A DNA stretch of 64,000 bases. Source: Dudresnaya verticillata. Its lineage: Eukaryota. The position numbers were made by a program, and so were the translations under genes. Location: assembly GCA_977862235.1 (NCBI GenBank), contig OZ374559.1, positions 3,038,001 to 3,102,000 on the forward strand, given 5' to 3'. This document shows, in pieces, positions 35,336 to 46,918 of this stretch; position 1 is the stretch's first letter, and each line of letters begins with the position of its first letter. The notes under the pieces are model-generated. The model was given only the letters and a program-made list of their open reading frames with translations. It did not search any database and was not told where the DNA came from.

Positions 35336-36377
35336 TTATTGGATTTTGCTTAAACACGCAGACAACATATCTGCTGCTCTCTCTGCTAACTGATTTTCCG
35401 ACTCGCCTTGATCGTTCAGAGCACCAGTATACCTCGTCAGCGCCGAAAGTGTATCCATTACCTTCGTCACTCAATTATTCCCGACCTCTGCGCGGTCAAA
35501 GAAGCGATTATCTTTAAACACTCGCCAAAATCGATCGTCGAACGGAAGCTGTTTGTTCCTACAATCTCTGAACTGGAGTTTGTAGAATAGCGGGAACAGC
35601 ACAAGGAGCTGTGACCCTTGTTTGCGCTTGAGAAATTCTGACAGCTCCACCATGGGCCACTTGCGAGAGACAAACGACGGTGACAGGATGAAGATGCCAG
35701 CCTTGCTGCCCCGGACTGCTGCCCCGATTCTTTCTTCGATCTTTTGCGGGGAAACCTTCAGACACGTTTTATCCAGAAAACAACGTAGGCTCCTCTTCTC
35801 CAACGCAATCCGTAGCGGGAATGCAAGTGACTCCTTATCTTCCCCGGCGTGGCTGATAAATACATCGTATAGCATTATGGGTTCTGGCAATATAAAAGGG
35901 CGATGACTTGGGCCCCCAAGTACTCTCCCAAGGATGTGCACCTTCAACTGCTTGTACGTCCAAGTCTGGCAACTCTGCTCATTGCGAAGGCAAGATCCTT
36001 CTGCTCGGTCCAACGTCTCACACTTTTCACTTCTTACCCAAGCCTCAGGGATTTTCAAGCGTACGGTACTGGTACCCCCACAGCCCCCGCGAATTTCCGA
36101 AGGGCAGTCTGTCATCATATGATGACTCCAATTGGCCTTACTTCCGTGCAGCGGTCTTCCTTTCAAAAAGCTTTCCATACCCTGCAAACACTTGTGTGCA
36201 ATCTGCCAAGCTTCATCGCAATCCGACCTGATGGTCCACACCACCCATCTCTCCTCTGGAACAAAGCAAACAACAACCCGGCATGCGCTCCCTCAAGTGA
36301 CAGGATGACGGCATCTTGACGAAGTTCAGGCGGTTTTGTCCGTTCCCTTCCAATGGTTCGGTGAAGGTACGCGATCA
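35336..36377 (-). pseudogene. Sel1-Roc-COR-TIR paralogue G2: 3' fragment (end of COR + TIR)
   Basis: Near-identical to 51076-~52115; premature stop at 35471-35473; homology ends abruptly at ~36377. Confidence 0.9.
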
Positions 36378-37362
36378 TTTTTATCCCCAACTTTTTTTCG
36401 GATAGCCCTGCGCCTGCGATCTAGATAGCGAGCGTACTTGCACTCGTTGAACAAACAGGTTTGTGTTCTGCAGATCGTAAAACCAAAACCGCGGTCTCCT
36501 TCCTTGCCCAGAAGCCCGTCTTCAGCTCTTTAGATGATCTCGACAATAGTCACTGAGTGATAAATTTGATGCGAATTGACGAGGTCGAAATAGAAACCGG
36601 TGCTTCAGAGCTTCGTTATATCCGGGTCACAATATTGTCTCATGGTTGCTTTCAATCTCAAACTTTTCTTCTCCTCTCATCCCTCCCCGGGTCCCGTAAA
36701 TTAATGGTCGCCGGACTGCCATTTTCCCAAGTAACCGGATACGTTTCCCGAACTCTTATTCAACTACGTCCAGACAGCCTACAGTTTTCAAGTCAAATAA
36801 GACTGGACGCCAATCTCGAAAAGAACAAAAACATCCCACAACCAGTATTGTTACTTAAATAAACAAGTTGTAGTAACAACAAGTTCTATTAAAAAATAAT
36901 GTGACATGCAGGTAGTGTATAGTATGTGGGACGTGTCCTAACTTCCGAGGATATAAATTCCGAGGGCATTGTTTGCAATGATCTGCTATCAACGCAAGCA
37001 CCAATATTCTGGCACTTCGGTCAGAGAGATAGAGGAAGCCGAGAGTAATTAATGAAACCCCTGTCTAGACTCAAGGACCATGATGCGTACTTTCAGCCCG
37101 TGCATGCAATTTTCCATCATTTCAGACGAGGATAGTCCCCCTTTCGTAAGATTATGTTCACAGGCCTTGCAATTATAGGCAAGCCTCGTCGGTATTGCTA
37201 ATAAAGGCAAAATGGTATCGGAAGTTAATTCCGAAGTCACTTGTGTTACAAGTATCTCCATTCTCTCCATCACTGGAACCTCCATGGAAAAAGTACAAGT
37301 TGGCGATCTTCAAATTGGTGCTTACGGAAACGGAAACGTTTAGCGATGTGACAGAAATTTAC

Positions 37363-40300
37363 TTAAGTATCTTCAAAACTCTCGAACAACATATCTGCAG
37401 CTCTCTTCGCGAACTGATTTTCCGATTCTCCTCTATCGTTCCGAGCACCAGTATATTTCGTCACCGCTGCAACTGTGTCCATTACGTTCGACTCTTTCCC
37501 GAACTCGCGTTCAAAGAAGTCATTCTCTTTAAACTCTCGCCAAAATCGGTCGTCGAACGGAAGCTGTTTGTCCTTACAATCTCCGTACTCGAGTTTGTAG
37601 AACAGCGGGAACAGCACAAGGCGCGGTGATCCTTGTTTGCGCTTGAGAAATGCTGAAAGCTCCAACAGCGGCCACTTGCGAGAGACAAACGACGATGACA
37701 GGATGAAGACGGCAGCTTTGCTGCCCCGGACCGCTGCCCAGATCCGTTCATCAGTTGTTTGCGTGGAAACCCTCATACTCTCTTCATCCAGAAAACAACG
37801 CAAGCCCTTCTCCATCAACGCACTTAGCAGCGGGTATGCAAGCGACTCCTTATCTGGCCCTGCGTGGCTGATGAACACATCGTACGGTGTTACTGAGTCT
37901 CGCAATTCAACAGCGCAGTGCTCTGATCCCTGAGATACTCCCTTAAGAATATGCGGCATCAATTGCCCGTAGTTCCACAGTTGATTGCAGTAGCATTTTC
38001 CTTCTACTTCATCGAGTGCCTGGCATTGTTCGGCCAAAACCCATGCCCGAGGCATCGACAGCAACACACTTTCAGAGCCACCGCAACCCCCCTGGATGTT
38101 CGAAGGACAATCGGTAACTAGATAATGATTCCGAGCTGCGCTGCTTCCGTGCGGAGGTCTTGTCAAAAAATCTTCCATAGCTTTCAAACATTCTTGAGCC
38201 ACCTGCATTGCTGAGACGGCATCGCACCTGATCGTCCACACAATCCATCTTTTCTTAGGATCGAAGCAAACAACAACGCGGCAAGTCCCCTTCAGAGAAA
38301 GAATTACAGCATCTTGGCGAAGTTCCGGTGGCTTTGTTCGCTCTCCTCCGATGGTGCGGTGAAGGAATGCAACAAAGTAGCCCACCAAGCCAGGCGGAAA
38401 GAAATCATCAAAAACTGTTCTCAAAACAATTTCGCACTCTCCTTCTTTCTTAGGGCACTGGAATCCCTCCCAGCCTTTGGGAAGCAACGACGGAATCCCG
38501 ACTAGCTCGTTCCGCTCATCACCCTCCGTCTCCGGAGAGTACAAACGCATAAGAATGCCAAACTGGCACAGAATTTCGAGCATCACATCTCGAACAGGCG
38601 GTAGGTGTTCACGCCACAGCGCATCCAGTCCCTTTCGTGTTACAAACCCATTCTGATAACTGTCTAATTCTTGCTTTCCCAGAGTTCGCAACATCCTTTG
38701 GAAACCTTCCGATTCTTCGTTACCCAGTCGTTTTCGCATAAACTCCGCCGGGCCCGTGACTTGTCGAACAAAGTCCAAAATAACTGTTGGATCTGGGAAC
38801 ACATACCATCCCTCGCCCGTCTGAACTTCGACGATATGCCCTTGTTGACCCTGGAATTGAACGCATTTCTCAACGTCTGCATCTCTCTCGTCCTTGTCAC
38901 TAGAGAATCCGGGAAGTCTGGCAGCATGGCTCTGAACTTCCCCCATTTTCAGAATGCCTTCAGTGGCGAGTGACAAAATGTCTTCCCTGAGGGCAGCCCA
39001 CCGAACGGGAACTTCTTCTCTTCCGTCAAGAATTTCATCACTGGCTTCCTTGATTACTTTCTCGAGTTCCACAATTCCTGATGCAGCACGATCTGGCCGC
39101 TGTTTTCGGAGAGATACCATACTTAAGAGATAATGAAGTAAGCCACCATGATCTTGGGAAGCAATGTTATTCTCGATGGCTACCCACCGACACTTGAACT
39201 TGTCGGCATCACCTGGGGCCGTTTCACGAACCCAATTATCGTAAACCGCCCTCCCGAGATTCTTTTCCAGCTTTTGTCGCAGCTGCTGTAATAAGTCCTC
39301 GGGGTCTCCAACATCTGCCTTCCTGGTTCCCACTATTATCACCCAAATATTTTTCGGGTTCTGCGAAGACGCATGTGCCATTTGCATCCAGTTGCACAGT
39401 TCTAAGACTTCGTCCTCTTTGGTGACTTCAGACGCAAACCTTTTCAGGTCTACCACGAAAACAAAAATGGAAACGCGGCGGATGAAGATTGCGGGAACAC
39501 TGAGGTACTCTGCCTGACCCCCAAGGTCCCAGCATTGCACCAACGCAGCTCGATTATCCACAGGAAATGAGGAACTCATGAGCCCTTGCCGTGCTGCTTC
39601 CCAAATGGGAGACGCTTGGGAGTTGATAGACTGCGAAGCAGCCATAGTGGGCGGAGGTGGTGGTTGTCGAACAGTGGTATGGCTGTTTGCCAATGTGTCT
39701 CCACTATGGGGAACGGTCCTCTTCGTCAGAGGAGCTCGGTTGAGCCAAGTGGAGAGTTTAAGGCGGAATCTTGTGTTGGATTTTTCACTCGGCCGCGATG
39801 ATGCATCAGTTGCAGTTGGGAGAAACGCCGATCCAGCTCGAAAGGAGCCGGCATCGGATGCACTTGCTGTAGATGACATTGGTCGTTCCGTTGGCGTGGG
39901 TACCTCTTGAATATCGGACCGTGACATGAGGGCATGGAAGGCCTCGCTGTTGAAGGCGAGCTGGTCGACATGGTCATCGTCTAACTTGGGGCCGTCGGGG
40001 ACGACAAGAGTGCGACTAAGCGACACAAAATGTGTCGGTTGGTGGGTGGCAACGAAGGGCATGGAGCGCAGGCTCCTTACCGTGCTTGTCTTACCGCGTG
40101 CCGCACCGCCGAGAACAAGAAGAAAGCACTGCCGTGGCTTTGCTGTGGCGGTCTTGAGGGTGTTTTCAACAAGTGTGCTGGTGTCACCGATGCGGTTGAC
40201 AAGGTATTGCCACCGGCTGCCGAAGAATTCAAGCTCAAGAGGCGTTACCTGTTGATGCGCTGCTTGTTGATGCCGTTGGGCTGCTGCGTGCTCATTGCGA

Positions 40301-41100
40301 GCAACACCGACATCTCCGCGGGCAAGCAATGTGGCGAGCTCATAGAGTGCGACGCGGGTGCGATGGAGTTCGATTGAGCGTTGGAAGAGGCTCTTCGCGC
40401 GCGGCGGATCGCGCGCGTCTCCGATATGATTGGACAAAAGCGCTTGGCCCAACCGAACCATACACATTGGGGCCCTCTCGTGACCGCTGTCGCAGGCGCG
40501 TTGGAGCAGTTCGACGCCGCGCGGAACGTCTCGCGGAACATCGATTGCGCCTCTCAGCAGCAAATTGCCCAAATTGGACATTGCGACGACATCTTCGCCC
40601 TCCGCGATGGCGCGGTCGTACAGCGCAGCGGCGCGCGGAGCGTCTTTGGCGACGCCGTCGCCGTTTGCGAGGAGAACGCCCAAATTGCCCATTGCCTTCA
40701 CATCCGCAAACTCTGCAACGGCTCGTTCGTACAGCGCTGCCGCGCGCTTTCTGTCTTTGACAAAATGGCGCCATCCGATATGGAGACGCACTCCGAGTTT
40801 GCGCAGCGACACCCCGCGCGGATCTCGCGCGTTGGCGCGCTCGACCAGCTCCGCGGCGCGGCGCTCGTCCTTGGGCACTCCCACGGCACCTTCCTTCAGC
40901 AACAGTGCAAGGCCATGCCGCGCTTCGTCATGGTCGCCCTCATGAATCGCTCGCTCGAGCAAGGCGACGGCTTGCAAAGGTAGAACAGGCCCTCCATCTG
41001 AAGCGCCCCAGCACACAAAGGCGAGTGCAACCATGTCGTCGACATCGGCATTGTCGTCGATAGCTTGGCGAAGGGCACGGCGCTGCGGTGTGGCGTCCAT
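37363..41100 (-). CDS. Sel1-like repeat / Roc GTPase / COR / TIR protein G3, 1245 aa, intronless
   Basis: About 7 Sel1-like repeats (AMGNLGVLLANGDGVAKDAPRAAALYDRA); P-loop GGAARGKTS; WDLGGQAEY; IVGTRKAD; COR-like VPVRW, IPSLLP, FPPGL; TIR YDVFISHAGPD...FILSSSFVSRKWPLLEL...LFPLFY. Confidence 0.92.
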   Translation of the reverse strand: MDATPQRRALRQAIDDNADVDDMVALAFVCWGASDGGPVLPLQAVALLERAIHEGDHDEARHGLALLLKEGAVGVPKDERRAAELVERANARDPRGVSLRKLGVRLHIGWRHFVKDRKRAAALYERAVAEFADVKAMGNLGVLLANGDGVAKDAPRAAALYDRAIAEGEDVVAMSNLGNLLLRGAIDVPRDVPRGVELLQRACDSGHERAPMCMVRLGQALLSNHIGDARDPPRAKSLFQRSIELHRTRVALYELATLLARGDVGVARNEHAAAQRHQQAAHQQVTPLELEFFGSRWQYLVNRIGDTSTLVENTLKTATAKPRQCFLLVLGGAARGKTSTVRSLRSMPFVATHQPTHFVSLSRTLVVPDGPKLDDDHVDQLAFNSEAFHALMSRSDIQEVPTPTERPMSSTASASDAGSFRAGSAFLPTATDASSRPSEKSNTRFRLKLSTWLNRAPLTKRTVPHSGDTLANSHTTVRQPPPPPTMAASQSINSQASPIWEAARQGLMSSSFPVDNRAALVQCWDLGGQAEYLSVPAIFIRRVSIFVFVVDLKRFASEVTKEDEVLELCNWMQMAHASSQNPKNIWVIIVGTRKADVGDPEDLLQQLRQKLEKNLGRAVYDNWVRETAPGDADKFKCRWVAIENNIASQDHGGLLHYLLSMVSLRKQRPDRAASGIVELEKVIKEASDEILDGREEVPVRWAALREDILSLATEGILKMGEVQSHAARLPGFSSDKDERDADVEKCVQFQGQQGHIVEVQTGEGWYVFPDPTVILDFVRQVTGPAEFMRKRLGNEESEGFQRMLRTLGKQELDSYQNGFVTRKGLDALWREHLPPVRDVMLEILCQFGILMRLYSPETEGDERNELVGIPSLLPKGWEGFQCPKKEGECEIVLRTVFDDFFPPGLVGYFVAFLHRTIGGERTKPPELRQDAVILSLKGTCRVVVCFDPKKRWIVWTIRCDAVSAMQVAQECLKAMEDFLTRPPHGSSAARNHYLVTDCPSNIQGGCGGSESVLLSMPRAWVLAEQCQALDEVEGKCYCNQLWNYGQLMPHILKGVSQGSEHCAVELRDSVTPYDVFISHAGPDKESLAYPLLSALMEKGLRCFLDEESMRVSTQTTDERIWAAVRGSKAAVFILSSSFVSRKWPLLELSAFLKRKQGSPRLVLFPLFYKLEYGDCKDKQLPFDDRFWREFKENDFFEREFGKESNVMDTVAAVTKYTGARNDRGESENQFAKRAADMLFESFEDT

Positions 41101-41191
41101 GTCGGCAGGAGCGGGCGGTCGAGCGGGTGGAGACGGTTGGAGATGGGGTGGTTGGGGTATGTGTCGGGAGCGGGTGCACCAACTGCACGGC

Positions 41192-41201
41192 GCTATTTAT
41201 G
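41192..41201 (-). promoter_or_regulatory. Candidate TATA-like box (CATAAATAGC) ~95 bp upstream of the G3 ATG
   Basis: Isolated AT-rich patch in GC-rich sequence; same motif at the same distance upstream of G4 (~54769-54778), just before the two flanks diverge. Confidence 0.45.
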
Positions 41202-41540
41202 CAGCGCGGCGCGGTGAAAAGGTAGCCATCCAAACACATCGTGTGGCCTGTCGAAGCTCCACGTTGTAGCACAACGACCGTCTTGTTGTCCCCGCCGCAG
41301 CGCTATTGTTCGGCTTTTGTCCCAACAGGAGAATCACCGGAGGACGGCTCGCTTGGCCCGCCACAACGTTCTGATAAAAAACGTACGGCCGGTGCCGTCG
41401 CCTTATGCGAGCCCTAAGCGCAAGCTACATTTCGGGCCTGTGGCCGCTGGAGCGCATGAATTTGAGGGCCCCTGCACGTTGTACATGCGCCGAGAATCGT
41501 GCAATTGTGCCTATTATCTATCGGAGTGCATCCAACAGTA

Positions 41541-41672
41541 AGAGAGATGGGGGCCTTTATGGTCGGATTCGAAGGGCACTAACTAGGTCGCCCCGTCCAC
41601 TCAAGGACCAAGGACGTACCTGAAGCGCAAGCCGACGGCGATTGATCGCCAGCGCTTGAAAGTGGAGAAGGC
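41541..41672 (-). mobile_element. 3' fragment of CRE-like family A4, abutting another (GA)n-tailed end
   Basis: Encodes LLHFQALAINRRRLALQV like 56270-56330; second tail gagagagagagatgcactttatt at ~41673-41697. Confidence 0.75.
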
Positions 41673-42749
41673 GAGAGAGAGAGAGATGCACTTTATTCAG
41701 CGCGATGCAAAAGAATATCGCGATATGGCCCAAGTAGCAATAGGCCACCAACGGAGTATGCTTAGACTTGCGAGCAAGCCCTTTGTATTGCTTCAGCAAT
41801 AGCGTAAGCGCGCGATATTTGTGCACCCCGCCGTTCGTAGGGATGCGCGAGGCGTAGTCGCGAAGAAAAGGCGGCGCAAGGAAAGTACGGCCAAGCGATG
41901 GCCCGAGTGAACCATGTACACGCCCCGATGGTCCCGGAACTCGCAACTGCCACAGCCACAACAGCAACAACAGCACCACCACTTTCGCCATTGCGAAGGC
42001 AGCCACCGCAATGGCGAAAGCAGTCAACCGCTCTTAGAACAAACTCTGGCCCATTGAATGCTTTTTAAAGTGGCGCAAGGGAGAGAGCGCAGTACGCCTC
42101 CCCAAAGCCAATCTCCGGCCTCGCCCTGGATCTGCTGCGCATCCGAGCCCGGCCGTTCCGTCCTCTGAAGCACCCGCATTTCTCGGAGTCCAGACTCCGC
42201 CTCATCGCGTAATCCATCGACCTGGTCTTCCACATTCTTCACCGTTCGCCTCCTGTCGCAGACTTGAAACCAAGAAAATCACGAAAACAATAAATCCGCC
42301 ATCCATGCCGCTTCAGCAGATGCCCAAATGTATACACCGCTTGTTGTACCACGGGCTCTTTACGAGTCTATAGCAACCATAACTGCATTGCCGGATGGTA
42401 GGCGTTTCTAGCGCTTTGCTCAGGAACGGTCACCCGCGCACTTTTGCCAAGACCGTGAGAGGCGGCCGATTTATACCCCCATCTTTTTCTTCGGATAGCC
42501 CCGTCGCCTACGATCTCAAGCGTTCAACAAACAGCCTTGTGTTCTGCAGATTAGAAAAGGACAGCTCCGGTTTCCTTCCTGTGGAACGCGCAGCAGCCCT
42601 TCTTCACCTCTTTAGGCGACCTCTAGAAAAGTCATTGAGCTCAAGTTTGATGAGAATTGACGAGGGCGAAATAGAAACCGGGGCTTCAGAGCTACGTAAT
42701 AAAAGGATATGTGCCAGCTACTGCTGTACAGGATTTTGGGTTTACTAGA

Positions 42750-43900
42750 ACATCAACCCGGAAGGACGGTTGGTGTGGAACCTCCATGACATGCTGACGG
42801 CTCTAGAGGTAACCCCAGAGCGGTTGTTGAAGATTGTAGAGTTTCTTTCGAAGCTCCAGAATGAAAAGCGTCTGTTTGCGCTAGTATTTGAAGACCCCAG
42901 CGGGGATGTGATACTGGACGAGATGGTTTCGTACATGCGGGCGGTGTGCGGGATTCCGGATGCATGCAGCTCGAATGACGGCAATCTGCTGGCGCACATC
43001 CAAGAGAAGTGCGAGTTGCAGGCCACAAACACGCTAGAGTGTTTGGCAGCAGGGTGCGACGGGATGTGGAGCTGCCTGTCCGTGGAGGGTGTGGCGATGG
43101 GGCACGCGTGCTCGACGATGGTGTTGATGAACTATGTATGGCTGGGGAATAAGAAGGTGCTGTCCAAATACCGGTGCCAGGAGTTTCGGAAGGCAGCGAT
43201 CGAGGTTACGCGGCCGACGACGCTGAAGGACCCGCACCCCAGCACTGCTCGTACGGAGATCGGTCTCTGGGCCTTGTGTTTGAATCGAGCTCGATGGTGG
43301 GGCCGGGTTCAACATGGCAGAGTTTTTCGGGAAGCGCGAGCGCGAGACGAACCGGACGACGACGCTGGAGTCACCAAACATGGTCATGAACAGGCTCAAG
43401 TACTTGTTTGGTGGCGACGTTCAGTTTACGAAGGCAATGGCGCAGAAGATGCTGGCGCAGATGCTAGTGGACCTGAACGTGGATCGGAAGGAGCGACAAA
43501 TGAGGAGGAGTACCAGAGCGCGATGGGACTGGCGGTGTTTTTCGACCTGTGCGGGGGCGGATGACGGGGATGATGAGCGAAGCGATTGCTCGCGTGCAGG
43601 TGCAGGACGCTCTCCACCAGCGGGTGACTGTGGATGCCCGGCAGATGTGGGACTTTTGCGACTCGAAGGAGGCGCGGAATCAGGACGGGGCGCTTGACTT
43701 TGAGTCATTCTACCACGGGTTTCTCGCGCCGTACTTTGGGTGCTACCCGTGCACGGACACCAAGCAGGCGCTGGCCGAGATAGACATGGACAAGGATGGG
43801 GGTGTGGACTGGGAGGAGTTTCTTGTGTACGTCAAGTGGGCTCTTGCACAATACCTCGAGACGAGCGACGCGGACACGGCGATTGAGATCGGGTTGTAGA
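42750..43900 (+). pseudogene. Frameshifted gene: TIM-barrel metallolyase-like region + two EF-hands
   Basis: EF-hand DMDKDGGVDWEEF plus a degenerate upstream partner; LAHI(Q/H)E...NTLECLAAGCDG...EG..GHA resembles the HxH region of DRE-TIM enzymes; several frameshifts. Confidence 0.6.
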
Positions 43901-43974
43901 AGGGGTTGGTCTCGGGGATGAGGGACGTTAAGGTGGATAACCCGGAGATACACACTGCATTTTACCAAAGTGTC

Positions 43975-44880
43975 CAGCTCCATTATCCCTTAATGCCACA
44001 ACTTGTGATTTCCAATGCATCCCGTAGCGGGTTGGCAACGGATCTCTTTTCCGCCCCTGCGTGGCTGATAAATATATCGTACGGCGTTACTGAGTCCTGT
44101 AGTTCAAAAGCGTAGTCGCCTGATCCCTGAGATACCCACTCAAGAATATGCGGCATCAGTTGTCCATACTTCCGCATTTTCCTTCTGCTTCGTCGAGTGC
44201 CAGGCATTCTTTAATCGAAACCCATTACCGAGGTATTGGCAACAACACACTTTTAGAGCAGCCGCAACCCCCCTGGATGCTCAAAGGACAATCAGTGACT
44301 ATAAAATGATTCCAAGCTGCGCTACTTCCGTGCGGAGGTCTTTTCAAAACATCTTGCATAGCTTTCAGATATTGTTGAGCCACCTTCATCGCTGAGACGG
44401 CAACAATCGCACCTGATCGTCCACACAATCCATCAAAGTACACAATTATGGTTGAATCCGGGAACACGTACCACCCCATACCACGCTGGTCACAACCTCC
44501 ACTATATGCGCTTTTTGACCCTGAAATTGAACACATTTCTCAACGTCTGCTTCTCTCTCCTCCTTGTCACTAGAGAATCCGACAAATATGGCAGCATGGT
44601 GCTGGATTTCTGCCGTTGTCATAAAGATTTTTTTGTTTTCTGTAGCCTGTGGACAAAATATCTTCCCTGAGGGCAGCCCACCGAACGAGAACCCCTTCCT
44701 TCCGTCAACAATTTCGTCACTCGGATTGTCTTCTCCAGTTCCGCAACGCCTCTAACCCAGCACGGTCTCGTTCAGCACTGCTGTTCTCGACAATAACCAA
44801 TCGAAACTTGTTCTTATCGACATCACCCCGGGACCCTTTCACAAACCCAATCATCGTAAAAACCCCGAGATGCTTTTGCT
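43975..44880 (-). pseudogene. Highly degenerate COR-TIR remnant related to G3
   Basis: YGQLMPHIL...SVTPYDIFISHAG, PPHGSSAAWNH, GWYVFPD; internal deletions and stops. Confidence 0.85.
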
Positions 44881-45508
44881 CTCGGAGAAACGATGAGGAA
44901 CGAGCTACAACTTTGCGCATGGCAATTAGAATCGAGGTGACGTGCGACGCTTTATGTCCGCCATTGCATGCGGCCACAACTACAATTCTGTGAATTGACT
45001 CTCCCTTCTGCCTTGAAGATGTAATACCGGTTCTTCTGCGTTGTACTGCTTCTCCCGAGTTGGCTCGCGGACCTGTTCGTTCTTCAGCACAGATGCCTTT
45101 TTTACTAGAGCTCCCAACTTCGGCTCTATTTATGCTCTCAACTCGCTGGTGCTCTTCCAATCTACGTCGTTGTCTCAAATGCAACAGTCCCTCTAAATGC
45201 AAATAGTAAATGCTAGCTCGACGGTAAAGCGTCGTATATCTCATCTGTCGTCCGCCATTTCATGAGTAAATTCATTTCCAGCTCGACCACCTTGTCCAAC
45301 ATCCATAGCTGTGTTGCTTAGCCAACATCAATTCACGATTCATCCTACTTTCTAACAAAGAGCACGATTACAATAATTCATAGCATTAGTACCGTACTGT
45401 AGCATTTGTAGCTAATGCTGGCATTCGTGATGTATTACTCCAATGGCTCGCCTTACGTAGCTATCAATTCACCAAGTTACAAAACAACATAAACACCGGG
45501 CTCTAGGA

Positions 45509-46283
45509 CAATGGCTGCAAGCAATAATATTGCAAATTATTGTAGCACCAATACTCTCCCCTTCGGCAATCTATATTGCTATATAGCCGCCATCATGCCC
45601 CAGTAACATCTGCAGAATATGCCTACGTCGTGCAATAAGTTTTTAATAGACTTAGATAGTGCGAAGGAAGCATGGGGATCCATGTTAACGTTTGTGTAAT
45701 GCGATGTCAAAACTGTTCATTCATTTTGAGGAATATAATAGCTTCAAAAAATTGGTGGTCATCGCCTTGCGATTGTCAGTTAGCACGTGCTCCGCAATGC
45801 TCCTGAGCCGGTCAACCTCGGCAACGGATCTAAGAATAAAGTTGCAGTTGATAAAAGCATCTAGTTTCCAGGGTACCTTTCGCTTCTTGGCTAAACGCTG
45901 AATGATCGATGACTTGTAAATTATAAGTCATGGTGCATCATCGACGACGATGATACTGTTGGCGAGAAAGCAGACCTGGCAACTTGTTAGTGATAAAGTG
46001 GCAATGATTTGGTACGATGCAATTTGCAGCATGGGGCTAGAAAACGTTATATTCTCGGGATCAAACCCTACAGATGCCGCTCCCCGCAAAACCGAACATA
46101 TGCTTATCGTATACTGCATTTAGCAACAGCCCTTCTAATATTACTACTTAACCCAATAGGTATTACAATATACATTGTCACTGCAATAAGAATTGCAATT
46201 TGCTATCATATCAGCAACTCAATATGCCATTGCTATTGTATATTGCAATATATTGCTACTGCTATTAATTACACGACAGCCCT
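45509..46283. mobile_element. Putative MITE-like repeat, copy 2 (inverted relative to copy 1)
   Basis: Both ends are homologous to the reverse complement of 3383-4190; ends cgacagccctg. Confidence 0.55.
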
Positions 46284-46865
46284 GGTCACCAGCCCTGACG
46301 CGACGCTTCTGCAACTTTCTGCGCTTCTTTTCCTCTTCTTCCCCTCTTTTTGCCCTTCTTTTCTGTCCTTTCTGTCCGTTTTCTGCAACCCATCCGACGT
46401 TATTAACCTTTTATCCTGTCCTGTAAGACAGCCATGGCAGGGATCAAACAGATACCTACCTTTTTGTCACCCTGTCATGTGCTCATTATGACGGCGCCAG
46501 AAAACTATTACACCGGCACTTTAATCACTCAACCCTGTTCGTATTCGAAGCAACTGTGAACAATGTCGTGGCAGAGCTGTGCGACTCTCATGCATGCGAT
46601 TTTAGACAAGTCTCCGAAGGGAGGTCCGTCGAATACCGTCGATATCCGCCCTTTTCGGTCTAACAACATCTCGAACACAAACGGGAATTGGCTTCGGTGC
46701 TGAAATGGACCGCGACCAGAGAATAGCTTTATCATTGTGTCTAGACTCCTTCGTGAAGGAAACCATGGGCGAATATATTATGTACCCATTGCGCCGATAC
46801 TCCTGAAAGTTTGGAGAGAGGAAACACGTGCTTGAGAACGAACAAAGTGTTCAAAATATTTGTCA

Positions 46866-46918
46866 ACACTTGTTCACATACTTTATCCGGACACTTGTTC
46901 ACATACTTTATCCGGACA
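46866..46918. repeat. 25-bp tandem duplication
   Basis: acacttgttcacatactttatccgg twice. Confidence 0.9.

Noticed and set aside
40245..40830. Diversity-generating retroelement (RT genes next to a hypervariable repeat protein)
   Set aside because: Substitutions are not adenine-specific, no invariant template repeat is seen, and the RTs are non-LTR retrotransposon type.
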